A DNA stretch of 48,346 bases from an uncultured Candidatus Saccharibacteria bacterium (GCA_964355645.1 CAYHDI010000004.1:1-48346); one strand, 5' to 3'. Shown: positions 1 to 8,653, numbered from the stretch's first letter. Made by a program: numbers and translations. Notes: generated by a model not told the origin, from the sequence alone.

Positions 1-1
1 T

Positions 2-3000
2 TTTCGAGACAACAAGATTTGCCGTTGGATTCGTTGTCCCGATGCCGACGTTGCCACCACTTGGATTCAACGACAAAGGCAGTGCAGTATTGGTGTTATT
101 TTGCTTTGCCTCAATGTATCCGTATCCGGCGACATTTCCTATGGCCACGCGAGTATTCGCTGTTGCATTCCCGACGAAACGCGCCACTTCTCCCGTCGCA
201 TTTTCAACATGAAAGAGTGCCCCCGGCGCTGTTGTGCCAATACCGACGTTGCCTCCATTGGTTGCCAACCAAGTATTTCCACCAGACCAGAGGTTAGTGG
301 TGGAAGCGTTGGTGGCAGTCAACAGATTTCCTGCATTATTCCAATTTAGATTGGTATTGTTTTGAGAGAGGATTCCTCCTGCTCCTGCAAACACTATCGA
401 ACCTTGAGTGAATGGTGAAATGATTCTTGAAGCTTGAAGATTGGTGGAGAAGAAATTGGTCGTGGTGGCTTGAGTCCCCGTGGCATTCACGAACGAGAAA
501 TTCTGGAGAGTGGTGGAAGCACTCAGCAACAAAGTAGTCAACGTGGCAGGTCCACTACTTAGAGAACCAGTAGTTAAATTGCCTATAGCACCAACATTTG
601 CAAATAAGTTTGTGGTGGAAGCAGTATGAGAAACATATAAATCTGTGGTAGTAGCCGAGGTGCCGGTGGCGTTCCCATAAATCAAACTGCCTGTGCCGGC
701 GTTGATTGAATTGTTGTTGGTCACAATTCCATTCGTCCATGTGCCAGCAATTTCAAAAGCTGTTGTTGCCGCTGTCCCAGTATTATTCAAATAAATTCCA
801 TTTTCTGTCGTGCCTGTACCCGTGTTCGTCAGGCTCAAAAGTTTTTGGGTACCACTCGTCGTGTTGTTCGTCAGGAGACCAGAATAAAGATTGGCTCCCG
901 TTCCAATCGAAGTATCGTCCACCGTATAAGTATTATTGAATGGATAGTTGACCGAAAGGTAGCGCTGGTCATTGAGCGTGCCCGAGCTCGCATTCCATTG
1001 CAAAGTAGCATTGCCCGAACCGCTATAGCGTTGAAAGATAAGGGCTTCATTCACATCCGCCACTTCCGTTGAACCAATGGTCCAAGTGTGATTCGAAGTC
1101 GCACCAGTCACCACCGTACCCGAAAGGTTATTCGCGGTGATAGTATCGAAATACCCATTCTTCCAATAAAAGCCGACCGAACCGATGGAATTTGTGTTGT
1201 TGGCTGTAGAAGTAGTTGGACGAAAAGAGCCTGTAGAATCGAAGACGGCTTCCTTGTTCGTGCCCGCATTGAGGTCAAGGAGATATTTAATCCCTGAACC
1301 AATACCAGAACCAGAAACGTTTATGGCCATACCGATGTATCCACCGCCGGCCACAGTTGAATCTACGAGATCGAGAATCTGTCCGTTTGAAACTTGCCCA
1401 TTGCCTGCGTTCGCGGTCAAAGTTTGATGAATCAATGTGCCGTTCGTGATGGCATTGTCAACCACAGAGAAAATATCTCCTGTCGGTACTGTTGAATTAA
1501 TAGAAAACGTCCCATTGTTCTGTTGATAATTGTTGACGTAGAGATTGGTGAAGGTACCGGTGGTTGAGAAGAAGTTCGTGGTAGTGGCTTGCGTACCAGT
1601 CGCATTTACGAAACTAAAGTTCTGCAAAGTGCTCGAAGAATTCAAAAGAAGATTAGAGAGGGTCGCAGAATTAACGTTTAAAGTACCGACGGTACCCGAG
1701 TTAGCGAAAAGATTGGTAGTGGAAGCATTATGAGAAACATAAAGATCAGTGGTGGTCGCATTAGTGGTAGTTGAGTTTGTGATGAGAGCCTCGCCGAGGG
1801 TTTGATTCGTAACTGTTAGGTTCGTGAAGATAGAGTTGGTTGAGAACAAATTTGTAGTGGTCGCATTTGTTGTAGTTGAATTAACCAAAGTTGAATTGGT
1901 CGCAGTCAAAGCTCCAACCGAAATGTCATTCGCAATAATATTAAGAATTGGATTAAGCACGGTTCCAATCGCTTCAGCGAAAAAATTGGTGGAAGTTGCA
2001 TTGGCCACAGACAAATTTGTTCCGAAAATATTTTTGGCCGAAAGATCGCCGGTCACACCGATGGTGGTGAACGAACCACCTTTGGCTATGATTCCGCTTC
2101 CCACTTCGAGTCCGCCTCTGATGTTCGCGTTTTTTCTCACGGACAAATTCCCTCCAGCGAGCACATCGCTTTTCGTATTCACAATACTTTCGAAGTAAGC
2201 CGGCCCGAGAACTTTCAAAGTTTGATTGAATTCTGCGTCTCCGAATACAGAAAGGTTTCCGCCTATTGAAGCACTTCCTCCAACATTCAAAGCAGAAAGT
2301 AGTTTGGTTGCGCCTTTGACCAAGAGGGTTTTGCCCACTTCAACGTGGCCTTCGAGTTTGACATCTTCTGTTGTCACAGAGCCATTCTTGGTCACAAACG
2401 CCAGGGTGAAATCCGTAGAAGATGCCCCGCCCAAATACTCCGCGTTGAGATTTTTGACCATGGTTTTTGAATCCACCACGATCGGGGCTGTACCATCTGC
2501 TAGGTACGAACGGAGTTGGCCTTCGGTCTCGATATGACCCATGATTGAGACATTGCCGTCTTTGTTGAGGAGAAGAATTTCGTTCGCATGCGTACCGGGT
2601 CTGAATCCGAGGACCGTATTTGCGTCCATTAAACTGCTTTTCACAAAATCGAAAGATTTTTCAAACATTCCGAAAACTACTGGGATAGGAAATAAGGTAG
2701 AAATTAAAATAGAAATGAGTGCGATGCCCACGAGCATTTTGTTCGAGAAAACAGTACGAAAAGATTTAAAATGTTTTTTGGGCAACAAAGGAGAATCCAC
2801 TGCTAATAATTTTTTGTCCAAAACTCGTTCGAGAGCCTGCTCCACCGCCGACGTATCTATAGCCGCCGAAACAGTTAGGGGTGAAGAAGATTCATTTGAA
2901 TCAATTAATGTGTTTTTTTCTTTCCTCAAAAGATTTCTAAAGAAATCAAAACCACTATCAAAACTATTTTTTATCTCTTCAAAAAAATTTGAGGCGAATG

Positions 3001-3400
3001 ATCGGCTAGCAACACGTGGTGGAGTGGTTAATTTTTGTGCCTCTTTTTCGGCAATAGGATCTTTATACTCTTTCAAATATTGCTGAATGTCTTCGTGATA
3101 GGAACGAACTGATTTGATCTGTGATTCTTCTTGTTTTACACGAGGTTCGACCTCGTGGGACTGCAAGAGAGAATTAAAGTTTCCATTTTGAACTTGGGCT
3201 CGAAGCATCTGACGCTTCATATAATCCTCGAGGACTGAAAGAGTCGTGTACCATGTATTGTCAATTTTCTTCGCGGTGAGTTTACCTTTGCGCGCGAGAA
3301 GACTCAAATATTCAGAACTGTAAGGAGTATGTTGCGAGGCTTCAGACATCGAAAGCCACTTTTCATCATTCGGTTTGTTTTTTAAAAGTTCGGGGTTCAA
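2..3400 (-). CDS. Giant membrane-anchored surface/adhesin-like protein with N-terminal HTH_17-like domain; 3' end outside window
   Basis: Hand translation of the minus strand in frame with a probable TTG at 3400 (ATG alternative at 3349); no stop in the stretches checked codon by codon (1-360, 2700-3400), remainder read less rigorously. N-terminus EKWLSMSEASQHTPYSSEYLSLLARKGKLTAKKIDNTWYTT (HTH), one hydrophobic helix at ~2680-2745, then T/N/S/G-rich repeats (NATTTNLF, ASTTNL) and two GNVGIGTT motifs near the edge. Absent from the ORF track because its stop is off-window. Confidence 0.85.
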   Translation of the reverse strand, partial: MNPELLKNKPNDEKWLSMSEASQHTPYSSEYLSLLARKGKLTAKKIDNTWYTTLSVLEDYMKRQMLRAQVQNGNFNSLLQSHEVEPRVKQEESQIKSVRSYHEDIQQYLKEYKDPIAEKEAQKLTTPPRVASRSFASNFFEEIKNSFDSGFDFFRNLLRKEKNTLIDSNESSSPLTVSAAIDTSAVEQALERVLDKKLLAVDSPLLPKKHFKSFRTVFSNKMLVGIALISILISTLFPIPVVFGMFEKSFDFVKSSLMDANTVLGFRPGTHANEILLLNKDGNVSIMGHIETEGQLRSYLADGTAPIVVDSKTMVKNLNAEYLGGASSTDFTLAFVTKNGSVTTEDVKLEGHVEVGKTLLVKGATKLLSALNVGGSASIGGNLSVFGDAEFNQTLKVLGPAYFESIVNTKSDVLAGGNLSVRKNANIRGGLEVGSGIIAKGGSFTTIGVTGDLSAKNIFGTNLSVANATSTNFFAEAIGTVLNPILNIIANDISVGALTATNSTLVNSTTTNATTTNLFSTNSIFTNLTVTNQTLGEALITNSTTTNATTTDLYVSHNASTTNLFANSGTVGTLNVNSATLSNLLLNSSSTLQNFSFVNATGTQATTTNFFSTTGTFTNLYVNNYQQNNGTFSINSTVPTGDIFSVVDNAITNGTLIHQTLTANAGNGQVSNGQILDLVDSTVAGGGYIGMAINVSGSGIGSGIKYLLDLNAGTNKEAVFDSTGSFRPTTSTANNTNSIGSVGFYWKNGYFDTITANNLSGTVVTGATSNHTWTIGSTEVADVNEALIFQRYSGSGNATLQWNASSGTLNDQRYLSVNYPFNNTYTVDDTSIGTGANLYSGLLTNNTTSGTQKLLSLTNTGTGTTENGIYLNNTGTAATTAFEIAGTWTNGIVTNNNSINAGTGSLIYGNATGTSATTTDLYVSHTASTTNLFANVGAIGNLTTGSLSSGPATLTTLLLSASTTLQNFSFVNATGTQATTTNFFSTNLQASRIISPFTQGSIVFAGAGGILSQNNTNLNWNNAGNLLTATNASTTNLWSGGNTWLATNGGNVGIGTTAPGALFHVENATGEVARFVGNATANTRVAIGNVAGYGYIEAKQNNTNTALPLSLNPSGGNVGIGTTNPTANLVVSK

Positions 3401-3500
3401 AGTATTTTTTGCTTGCCGATAGACCGTATCGGCATTGAAATAGCGTTGCTACTATTATATATTTTAGAATTGCAATAAACTATCGATTTTCAGCTTTTTC

Positions 3501-3509
3501 TGTGGATAA
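3501..3509. promoter_or_regulatory. DnaA box (TGTGGATAA = revcomp TTATCCACA)
   Basis: Perfect consensus 9-mer in the intergenic region upstream of the giant gene; single copy, function unproven. Confidence 0.4.
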
Positions 3510-3527
3510 ACTGATTTCTTTTTAGAA

Positions 3528-3565
3528 AAAACTAAATCAGCGAAATTTTTTGCTGATTTAGTTTT
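3528..3565 (-). terminator. Intrinsic terminator after lepB
   Basis: 14-bp perfect inverted repeat AAAACTAAATCAGC / GCTGATTTAGTTTT, with a T-run following on the minus strand. Confidence 0.7.
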
Positions 3566-3698
3566 ATATGAGAATTTATATAGTGATTCTGAAAATTTCA
3601 AAAAACTATTAAATTTTAATGAAAATAATATGAAAATTTTGTTTTATAAACTTTCTGTTTCCTTAATAAACCTTAATAATTTGAGTTATTATGGTTGG

Positions 3699-4229
3699 CT
3701 AGAAAGCTACATATTTTAAAGATTTGAAACTAAATATTCCAATCACTTTTCCTTTAATACTCCATTTATCTACTGGGCCTAGTTCTCTTGAATCAATGCT
3801 TACGTCCCTCTTGTCTCCCAAGGCAAAGTACTCTTGAGGATCTAATTGTATAAGAGTTGTACCAACTGCCGGGGTGCTAGTTGAGCCTAAATATGGTTCT
3901 GAAATAATCTCACCCGCATCCAATCGATTACTCTTTATCACCACTCTATTGTTCTCTATTTGAAATCTTTCGCCCGGTAGTCCAATCACTCTCTTCACTA
4001 CTTTGTTTGGATAAATACGCGGGATGACTACAATCACATCTTTCCTCACTGGTTCCTTAAACCAATAAGCTGTTTTATTTATAAAAACAAAATCTCCCGA
4101 ATGAATTGCTGGTTCCATTGAATCGCCCTTCACTACAAATCCTTCAATTATGAAAATTCTAAGAAAAAGCGTGCAAACAAAGACAACTATAAGAACAGAA
4201 ACAATCTTTTGTTTGATGGTTGCTTGCAT
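3699..4229 (-). CDS. lepB: Signal peptidase I
   Basis: N-terminal TM helix, GDSMEP (catalytic Ser), VVKRVIGLPG (catalytic Lys), GDKRDVSIDSR box E. Confidence 0.95.
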   Translation of the reverse strand: MQATIKQKIVSVLIVVFVCTLFLRIFIIEGFVVKGDSMEPAIHSGDFVFINKTAYWFKEPVRKDVIVVIPRIYPNKVVKRVIGLPGERFQIENNRVVIKSNRLDAGEIISEPYLGSTSTPAVGTTLIQLDPQEYFALGDKRDVSIDSRELGPVDKWSIKGKVIGIFSFKSLKYVAF

Positions 4230-4290
4230 AAAGGTTTATGACTATAATTATACTACTTGGTATATACTTATCAATGTTTAGCAAACTATT

Positions 4291-4536
4291 ATGAAGGAAA
4301 TATATTTTTCAATAAAGGAGGCTGCAGAGATCCTTGGGGTCTCTACCCTCACTCTTAGAAACTGGGACAAGTCCGGCAAGTTCAAGCCTCAAAGGCATCC
4401 GATGAACAATTATCGAGTTTACAAACTTTCGGCTCTAGAACACATTATAGAGGATATTGAAAGTGGCACAAACAAAAGCAATGCGGGTAAGGCAGAGAAA
4501 ATTATCAAGAAGCTTATGATAAGGCACGAGGAATAA
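4291..4536 (+). CDS. MerR-family HTH DNA-binding protein
   Basis: SIKEAAEILGVSTLTLRNWDKSGK...NNYRVY is a typical MerR winged HTH. Confidence 0.85.
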   Translation: MKEIYFSIKEAAEILGVSTLTLRNWDKSGKFKPQRHPMNNYRVYKLSALEHIIEDIESGTNKSNAGKAEKIIKKLMIRHEE

Positions 4537-4570
4537 CAAACTTGGACATCGGATGTCCAAGTTTGTTATT
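4532..4570. terminator. Perfect 19-bp palindrome between convergent genes (bidirectional terminator or REP-like element)
   Basis: AATAACAAACTTGGACATC-G-GATGTCCAAGTTTGTTATT; it includes both TAA stop codons. Confidence 0.75.
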
Positions 4571-6023
4571 TGATATTGTCTTCAAGTATTTTTTTAAGAA
4601 TCATAGGATTCGCACTCCCCTTCGTCTCTTTCATTCCCTGCCCAACTAAAAACTGCATCGATGCCTCCTTGCCATTTTTGTATTCTTCTACAGCTTTTGG
4701 ATTTTCAGAAATAATTTTCTTTGCAATTTCATTAAGGTGTTCACTATCACTTGATTGAATAAGATTATTTTCTTCAGCTATTGCTTTTGGATCGCCGTCC
4801 TTGATTAACATTATTTTTAGAATGTCTTTAGCCCCGCGACTACCAAGTTCTCCGGTCTTGATCATACTTATAAGTTTGGCAAAATTCTTTGGGTCAACGC
4901 TCAGATTGGACAGATCGGTTAGAAGATAATTTGAAACTAGATTCGCCAGCTCCCTATCCCCCAAAACAGAAACCACTTTCTCAAAATATACCCCTTTCCC
5001 TAAATCTTGGATATAAACTTCTATATCATCATCTTTAATACCAAAATCTTTTTGGTATCGTTCTCGCTTAGCATTTGGAAGTTCTGGGAGCGAGGCTTTG
5101 AGACTTTCGACTTTAAACTCTTCTATTTCGCCTAAAAAAAGTTTGGGTAAATCAGGTTCAGGAAAATATCTGTAGTCGTGTGAATCTTCCTTGGACCTTT
5201 GAGAAAATGTTTTTTCTTCGTTCTCATCCCACCCACGTGTCTCTTGGACGATTTTCTCTCCTTTCTCAAGTAGCTCTATATGTCTCTCCACTTCATATTT
5301 AATAGCCTTCTCTACTGCCTTAAATGAGTTGAGGTTTTTTACTTCAACCTTAGTACCAAGTTTACTCACCCCCACTTCGCCAAGGCTTCGCGGGGCAAGA
5401 GAAATGTTGGCTTCGACTCTCATCTCCCCTTTTTCCATATTAGCTTCACTGGCACCCAAATATTGAAGAAGAAGTTTAAATTCTTTGGCAAATTTCACCG
5501 CCGTTTCTGCATCATGAATCACTGGTTCGGTCACAAGCTCCATGAGGGGCACCCCGGCTCGATTGAAATCTATACGACTTGCTTCCTCTTCATACACCCC
5601 ACCCTTGCCCTCCCCTTGCCAAGGGGAGGGTTGGGAGAGGTGTACTGATTTGGCTGTATCTTCTTCTAAATGAACACGAGTAATCTTGACCCCGGCCAAT
5701 TCCCCACCAGAAACCAAAGGATATTTATATTGACTAATCTGATAACCCTTAGGAATATCCGGATAAAAATAATTCTTCCTATCAAATTCGGTATAATCAG
5801 CAATCTTTCCACCGACAGCCACACCGACTCGAAGGACTTGCCTGACGGCTTCTTTGTTTATCACCGGTAGAGTTCCCGGATACCCCATACAAATCGGACA
5901 AATATTTGTATTTGGTTTGGTTTCATCTGTATCATTTTTTGAATGACAAAACATCTTCGTCTTGGTTCGAAGTTCGGCGTGTATTTCAAGCCCGATGGTT
6001 GGAAGATAGTCCTTGACTGCCAT
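4566..6023 (-). CDS. gatB: Asp/Glu-tRNA amidotransferase subunit B, with two short in-frame repeat-derived insertions
   Basis: IGLEIHAEL, FDRKNYFYPDIPKGYQISQ, HLEED, DFNRAGVPLMELVTEP, KVEVKNLNSF, DYRYFPEPDLP motifs. Confidence 0.97.
   Translation of the reverse strand: MAVKDYLPTIGLEIHAELRTKTKMFCHSKNDTDETKPNTNICPICMGYPGTLPVINKEAVRQVLRVGVAVGGKIADYTEFDRKNYFYPDIPKGYQISQYKYPLVSGGELAGVKITRVHLEEDTAKSVHLSQPSPWQGEGKGGVYEEEASRIDFNRAGVPLMELVTEPVIHDAETAVKFAKEFKLLLQYLGASEANMEKGEMRVEANISLAPRSLGEVGVSKLGTKVEVKNLNSFKAVEKAIKYEVERHIELLEKGEKIVQETRGWDENEEKTFSQRSKEDSHDYRYFPEPDLPKLFLGEIEEFKVESLKASLPELPNAKRERYQKDFGIKDDDIEVYIQDLGKGVYFEKVVSVLGDRELANLVSNYLLTDLSNLSVDPKNFAKLISMIKTGELGSRGAKDILKIMLIKDGDPKAIAEENNLIQSSDSEHLNEIAKKIISENPKAVEEYKNGKEASMQFLVGQGMKETKGSANPMILKKILEDNIK
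5370..5399 (-). repeat. 30-bp imperfect palindromic repeat in frame in gatB (copy 1)
   Basis: CTTGCCCCGCGAAGCCTTGGCGAAGTGGGG; 29/30 identical to 41531-41560. Confidence 0.9.
5596..5640 (-). repeat. BoxC-like palindromic element inserted in frame in gatB
   Basis: CCTCTCCCAACCCTCCCCTT-GGC-AAGGGGAGGG-CAAGGGTGGGGT: 10-bp stem, 3-nt loop; translated as SQPSPWQGEGKGGV. Confidence 0.85.
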
Positions 6024-6103
6024 GTTTGAATCAGTATATCAAAAAAAATAATGTGTATAAACCCCTCTCGTTCTTCTCCAGTTCCTTCCCTGTTTCTTTT
6101 CCA

Positions 6104-6140
6104 TACGCTATAATATTGTGGTCGCAATATATTAACGTAT
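6104..6140 (+). repeat. 37-bp quasi-palindromic direct repeat, copy 1 (contains TATAAT, overlaps start codon)
   Basis: TACGCTATAATATTGTGGTCGCAATATATTAACGTAT; 32/37 identical to 6716-6752. Confidence 0.9.
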
Positions 6141-6708
6141 GGGGAAACTTGAAAAACATAGCCAAGAAAGAGCCCGGAGAGAACATCTTCAAAAGATTGT
6201 ATTAGGAACAATCAAAGTTGCTGGCATATTAAGTGTTGGCCTCTTGGCACCAAGTGTCATTGGTGCCATGGATAAATTGGGTCTATTACCAAAATCCAGA
6301 CAAAGAGAATATATCACCTCTTCTGCAGCCAAGCTTACAAAAAGAGGATTGTTGAAATACATAAACGGACATTATGAACTAACAAAAGACGGTGAAAAAA
6401 TACTACGTCAATGGGAATTGTCCGACTACATAATCCATCGCCCAAAAAAGTGGGACAAAAAATGGCGAGTGGTGATCTTCGATATTCCGGAAAAGAAAAG
6501 AAAAACCAGAGACAAAATTACTATTCTTTTTAGACAAGCTGGATTCCAGCGACTACAAGACAGTGTCTGGGTTTTCCCGTACGATTGTGAGGATATTATT
6601 GGTCTACTAAAAACAGATTTCCATGTTGGAAAGTATCTTCTATACATGATTGTTGAAGAACTTGAGAATGACAAGCAACTGAGAAAAGATTTTAATTTAA
6701 TCCGATAA
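6139..6708 (+). CDS. PaaX-like transcriptional regulator with Cas2-like (ferredoxin-fold) C-terminal domain
   Basis: wHTH-like segment (YITSSAAKLTKRGLLKYINGHYELTKDG) followed by WDKKWRVVIFDIPEKKRKTRD...GFQRLQDSVWV, the PaaX-M/Cas2-like signature. Confidence 0.85.
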   Translation: MGKLEKHSQERARREHLQKIVLGTIKVAGILSVGLLAPSVIGAMDKLGLLPKSRQREYITSSAAKLTKRGLLKYINGHYELTKDGEKILRQWELSDYIIHRPKKWDKKWRVVIFDIPEKKRKTRDKITILFRQAGFQRLQDSVWVFPYDCEDIIGLLKTDFHVGKYLLYMIVEELENDKQLRKDFNLIR

Positions 6709-6715
6709 AACTAGG

Positions 6716-6752
6716 TACGTTATAATATCGCGGTCGCAAATTATTAACGTAT
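6716..6752 (+). repeat. 37-bp quasi-palindromic direct repeat, copy 2
   Basis: TACGTTATAATATCGCGGTCGCAAATTATTAACGTAT, starting 7 bp after the stop codon; arms TACGTTA/TAACGTA. Confidence 0.9.
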
Positions 6753-6791
6753 TAGATGTACAGAGATTTATAGTTGTATAGATGTATAAAT

Positions 6792-7766
6792 TTAATCTTG
6801 AACTTTGTCTGCTGATTGAGTCAAAAAATCTTTGAGTTGTTTAATTGAATCATCATCAATAATAGACACGGCATAAACAGGTTTGTGCAGAGTTTTCAAT
6901 TCCTCAATCTTCATGGCTTTTTCTTCATCAGAAACAAGATCCGTCTTGGTCAAAAGAATGATTTCGGATTTGCTCATGATGTCTTGGTGATAAAGTTCGA
7001 GTTCGTTTTGAACAATTTTGTAGGTAGCTACTGGGTCAACCTCTTCGGCAGAAATACAATGAATCAAACCTTTCGTACGTTTGATATGACGAAGAAATTT
7101 GTGTCCCAAACCTTTGCCGAGTGAAGCTCCTTCAATCAATCCGGGAATATCACCGAGAATCAGACCGTATAAATCTCCGAGATTCGGCTCAAGGGTAGTA
7201 AAAGGAAAAGCTCCAATCTTCGCCTTCGCATTAGTCAGGGTGTTTAACAAACTTGATTTGCCTGCGTTAGGCAAACCGACCAATCCATAGTCCACGACGA
7301 GTTCAAGTTCAATCTGAAAATCTGATTCTTCTCCTTCAACTCCCAAGGTGAATTCACGCGGGCTAATGTTGGTGGATGATTTGAAATGTTCGTTGCCGAG
7401 TCCTCCCCTGCCTCCTGTCAGCAACTTTATTCTCTCACCATCCTCAACAAGTTCGAAAACATGGCCGGTGGTCAGATTTGTAATTCTCGAACCGATAGGA
7501 AATTTGATTTCTCTGTCTTCCCCACCAGAACCGTGCCAAACATTTTTCATCCCATCACCACCAGGGCCCGCCTCGAAAACCTTCACATCTCTGTATGAAG
7601 CAAGAATTCCTAAATCGCGCACGGCCAAAGCGAAGACGTCTCCGCCTTTGCCCCCATTGCCTCCAGACGGACCACCGCGATCTTTCCCCTTCTCATGGAG
7701 CCAGCGTTCAACACCGTCACCTCCCTTGCCCGCTTTCAAATGTAATTTAATTTCGTCTATGAACAT
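6792..7766 (-). CDS. obgE: GTPase ObgE/CgtA (short form)
   Basis: Gly-rich Obg fold, GLPNAGKSS (G1), PFTTLEPNLG (G2), DIPGLIEGA (G3), TKTD (G4). Confidence 0.97.
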   Translation of the reverse strand: MFIDEIKLHLKAGKGGDGVERWLHEKGKDRGGPSGGNGGKGGDVFALAVRDLGILASYRDVKVFEAGPGGDGMKNVWHGSGGEDREIKFPIGSRITNLTTGHVFELVEDGERIKLLTGGRGGLGNEHFKSSTNISPREFTLGVEGEESDFQIELELVVDYGLVGLPNAGKSSLLNTLTNAKAKIGAFPFTTLEPNLGDLYGLILGDIPGLIEGASLGKGLGHKFLRHIKRTKGLIHCISAEEVDPVATYKIVQNELELYHQDIMSKSEIILLTKTDLVSDEEKAMKIEELKTLHKPVYAVSIIDDDSIKQLKDFLTQSADKVQD

Positions 7767-7780
7767 ATATTTGTATTACC

Positions 7781-8653
7781 TTACGCATTTAAAGCGATTT
7801 GAGCAAGTTTAACCGCTCCTTCCTTAGATTGAGCTACCGCTATAAAACGACTGTTGTGACAGAAAGTGGCATCGCTTACTCCAGAAATTTTGGCCATTTC
7901 TTCATCTCTTTTACCCGCCCAAGGTTCTGGGAAAAGTTTTTTCCTTTCAAACCCGTGGAGCAATATGGGCACCGCTTCTACACCCCACTTATCATCGGTT
8001 CTGGGATAAACTACATACAAAGAGTCTTTTATAGGAATCAAAATTTTTTTCCACGGCAAGTATTCTTCTAAAACAATGAGTCTTTTGTCTTCTGTTTGGT
8101 CAATCAAAATTTTCATTTTTTCCAAATCTATCAAAAATATCTCGGCGTTTCTTATTTCTTTCAACAACAAATCTTTGGCCACCAAGACTACTTCCATAAA
8201 GACTTCATGCAAATATTCCTCATTCTTGTAGGTATGATTAACAAAAGCATCAAAATAATCAGTGATGCCATAATCGCTTATATTTTCAAAAAGCGGTTTG
8301 GACAAACTAATCCCATTGTCTAAAGCATCAATGGGCCAAACAAGCCTTTCTTCGATACAATTCGCCACCTCTCTGCTACCGCACAATTTTTCTCCCATTT
8401 CTTTCCAGACTAAACCAAAAGAAGCATAAGGTATTGAGTTATCCCTCGTCCCAGCACCCCCTTCTTGATGATGATCAAATCTTTTCTGAGTCACATCATA
8501 AACCCCACCCACATCAACAACAATATCAGCTGTTTTTATGATAGATTCCTCACGGCTTCTGATGATATTGAGTTCTGGGTAAAGTAAAGAAAAAACTGCC
8601 ACAGCAAAAACATCATCCGCATGAAACTTACCGCTATGCGTTACTATTTTCAT
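7781..8653 (-). CDS. MYG1 family (UPF0160) DHH-like exonuclease
   Basis: THSGKFHADD, VDVGG, FDHHQ, FCHNSRFI motifs; start moved to the ATG at 8653. Confidence 0.92.
   Translation of the reverse strand: MKIVTHSGKFHADDVFAVAVFSLLYPELNIIRSREESIIKTADIVVDVGGVYDVTQKRFDHHQEGGAGTRDNSIPYASFGLVWKEMGEKLCGSREVANCIEERLVWPIDALDNGISLSKPLFENISDYGITDYFDAFVNHTYKNEEYLHEVFMEVVLVAKDLLLKEIRNAEIFLIDLEKMKILIDQTEDKRLIVLEEYLPWKKILIPIKDSLYVVYPRTDDKWGVEAVPILLHGFERKKLFPEPWAGKRDEEMAKISGVSDATFCHNSRFIAVAQSKEGAVKLAQIALNA

Noticed and set aside
19-3086. Plus-strand ORFs listed in the track across 19-3086
   Set aside because: Antisense shadows of the long minus-strand surface protein; they have no recognisable motifs.
3480-3700. 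Replication origin (DnaA box plus AT-rich tract)
   Set aside because: Only one clear box, with no dnaA/dnaN neighbours and no box cluster.
6062-6102. Polypyrimidine tract upstream of the PaaX-like gene
   Set aside because: No hairpin and no second copy; it may be a decayed repeat but cannot be supported.
6104-6752. CRISPR array or cas2 locus
   Set aside because: Only two repeats, separated by a whole gene (575 bp); no spacer-sized units and no cas1 or other cas genes in the window.
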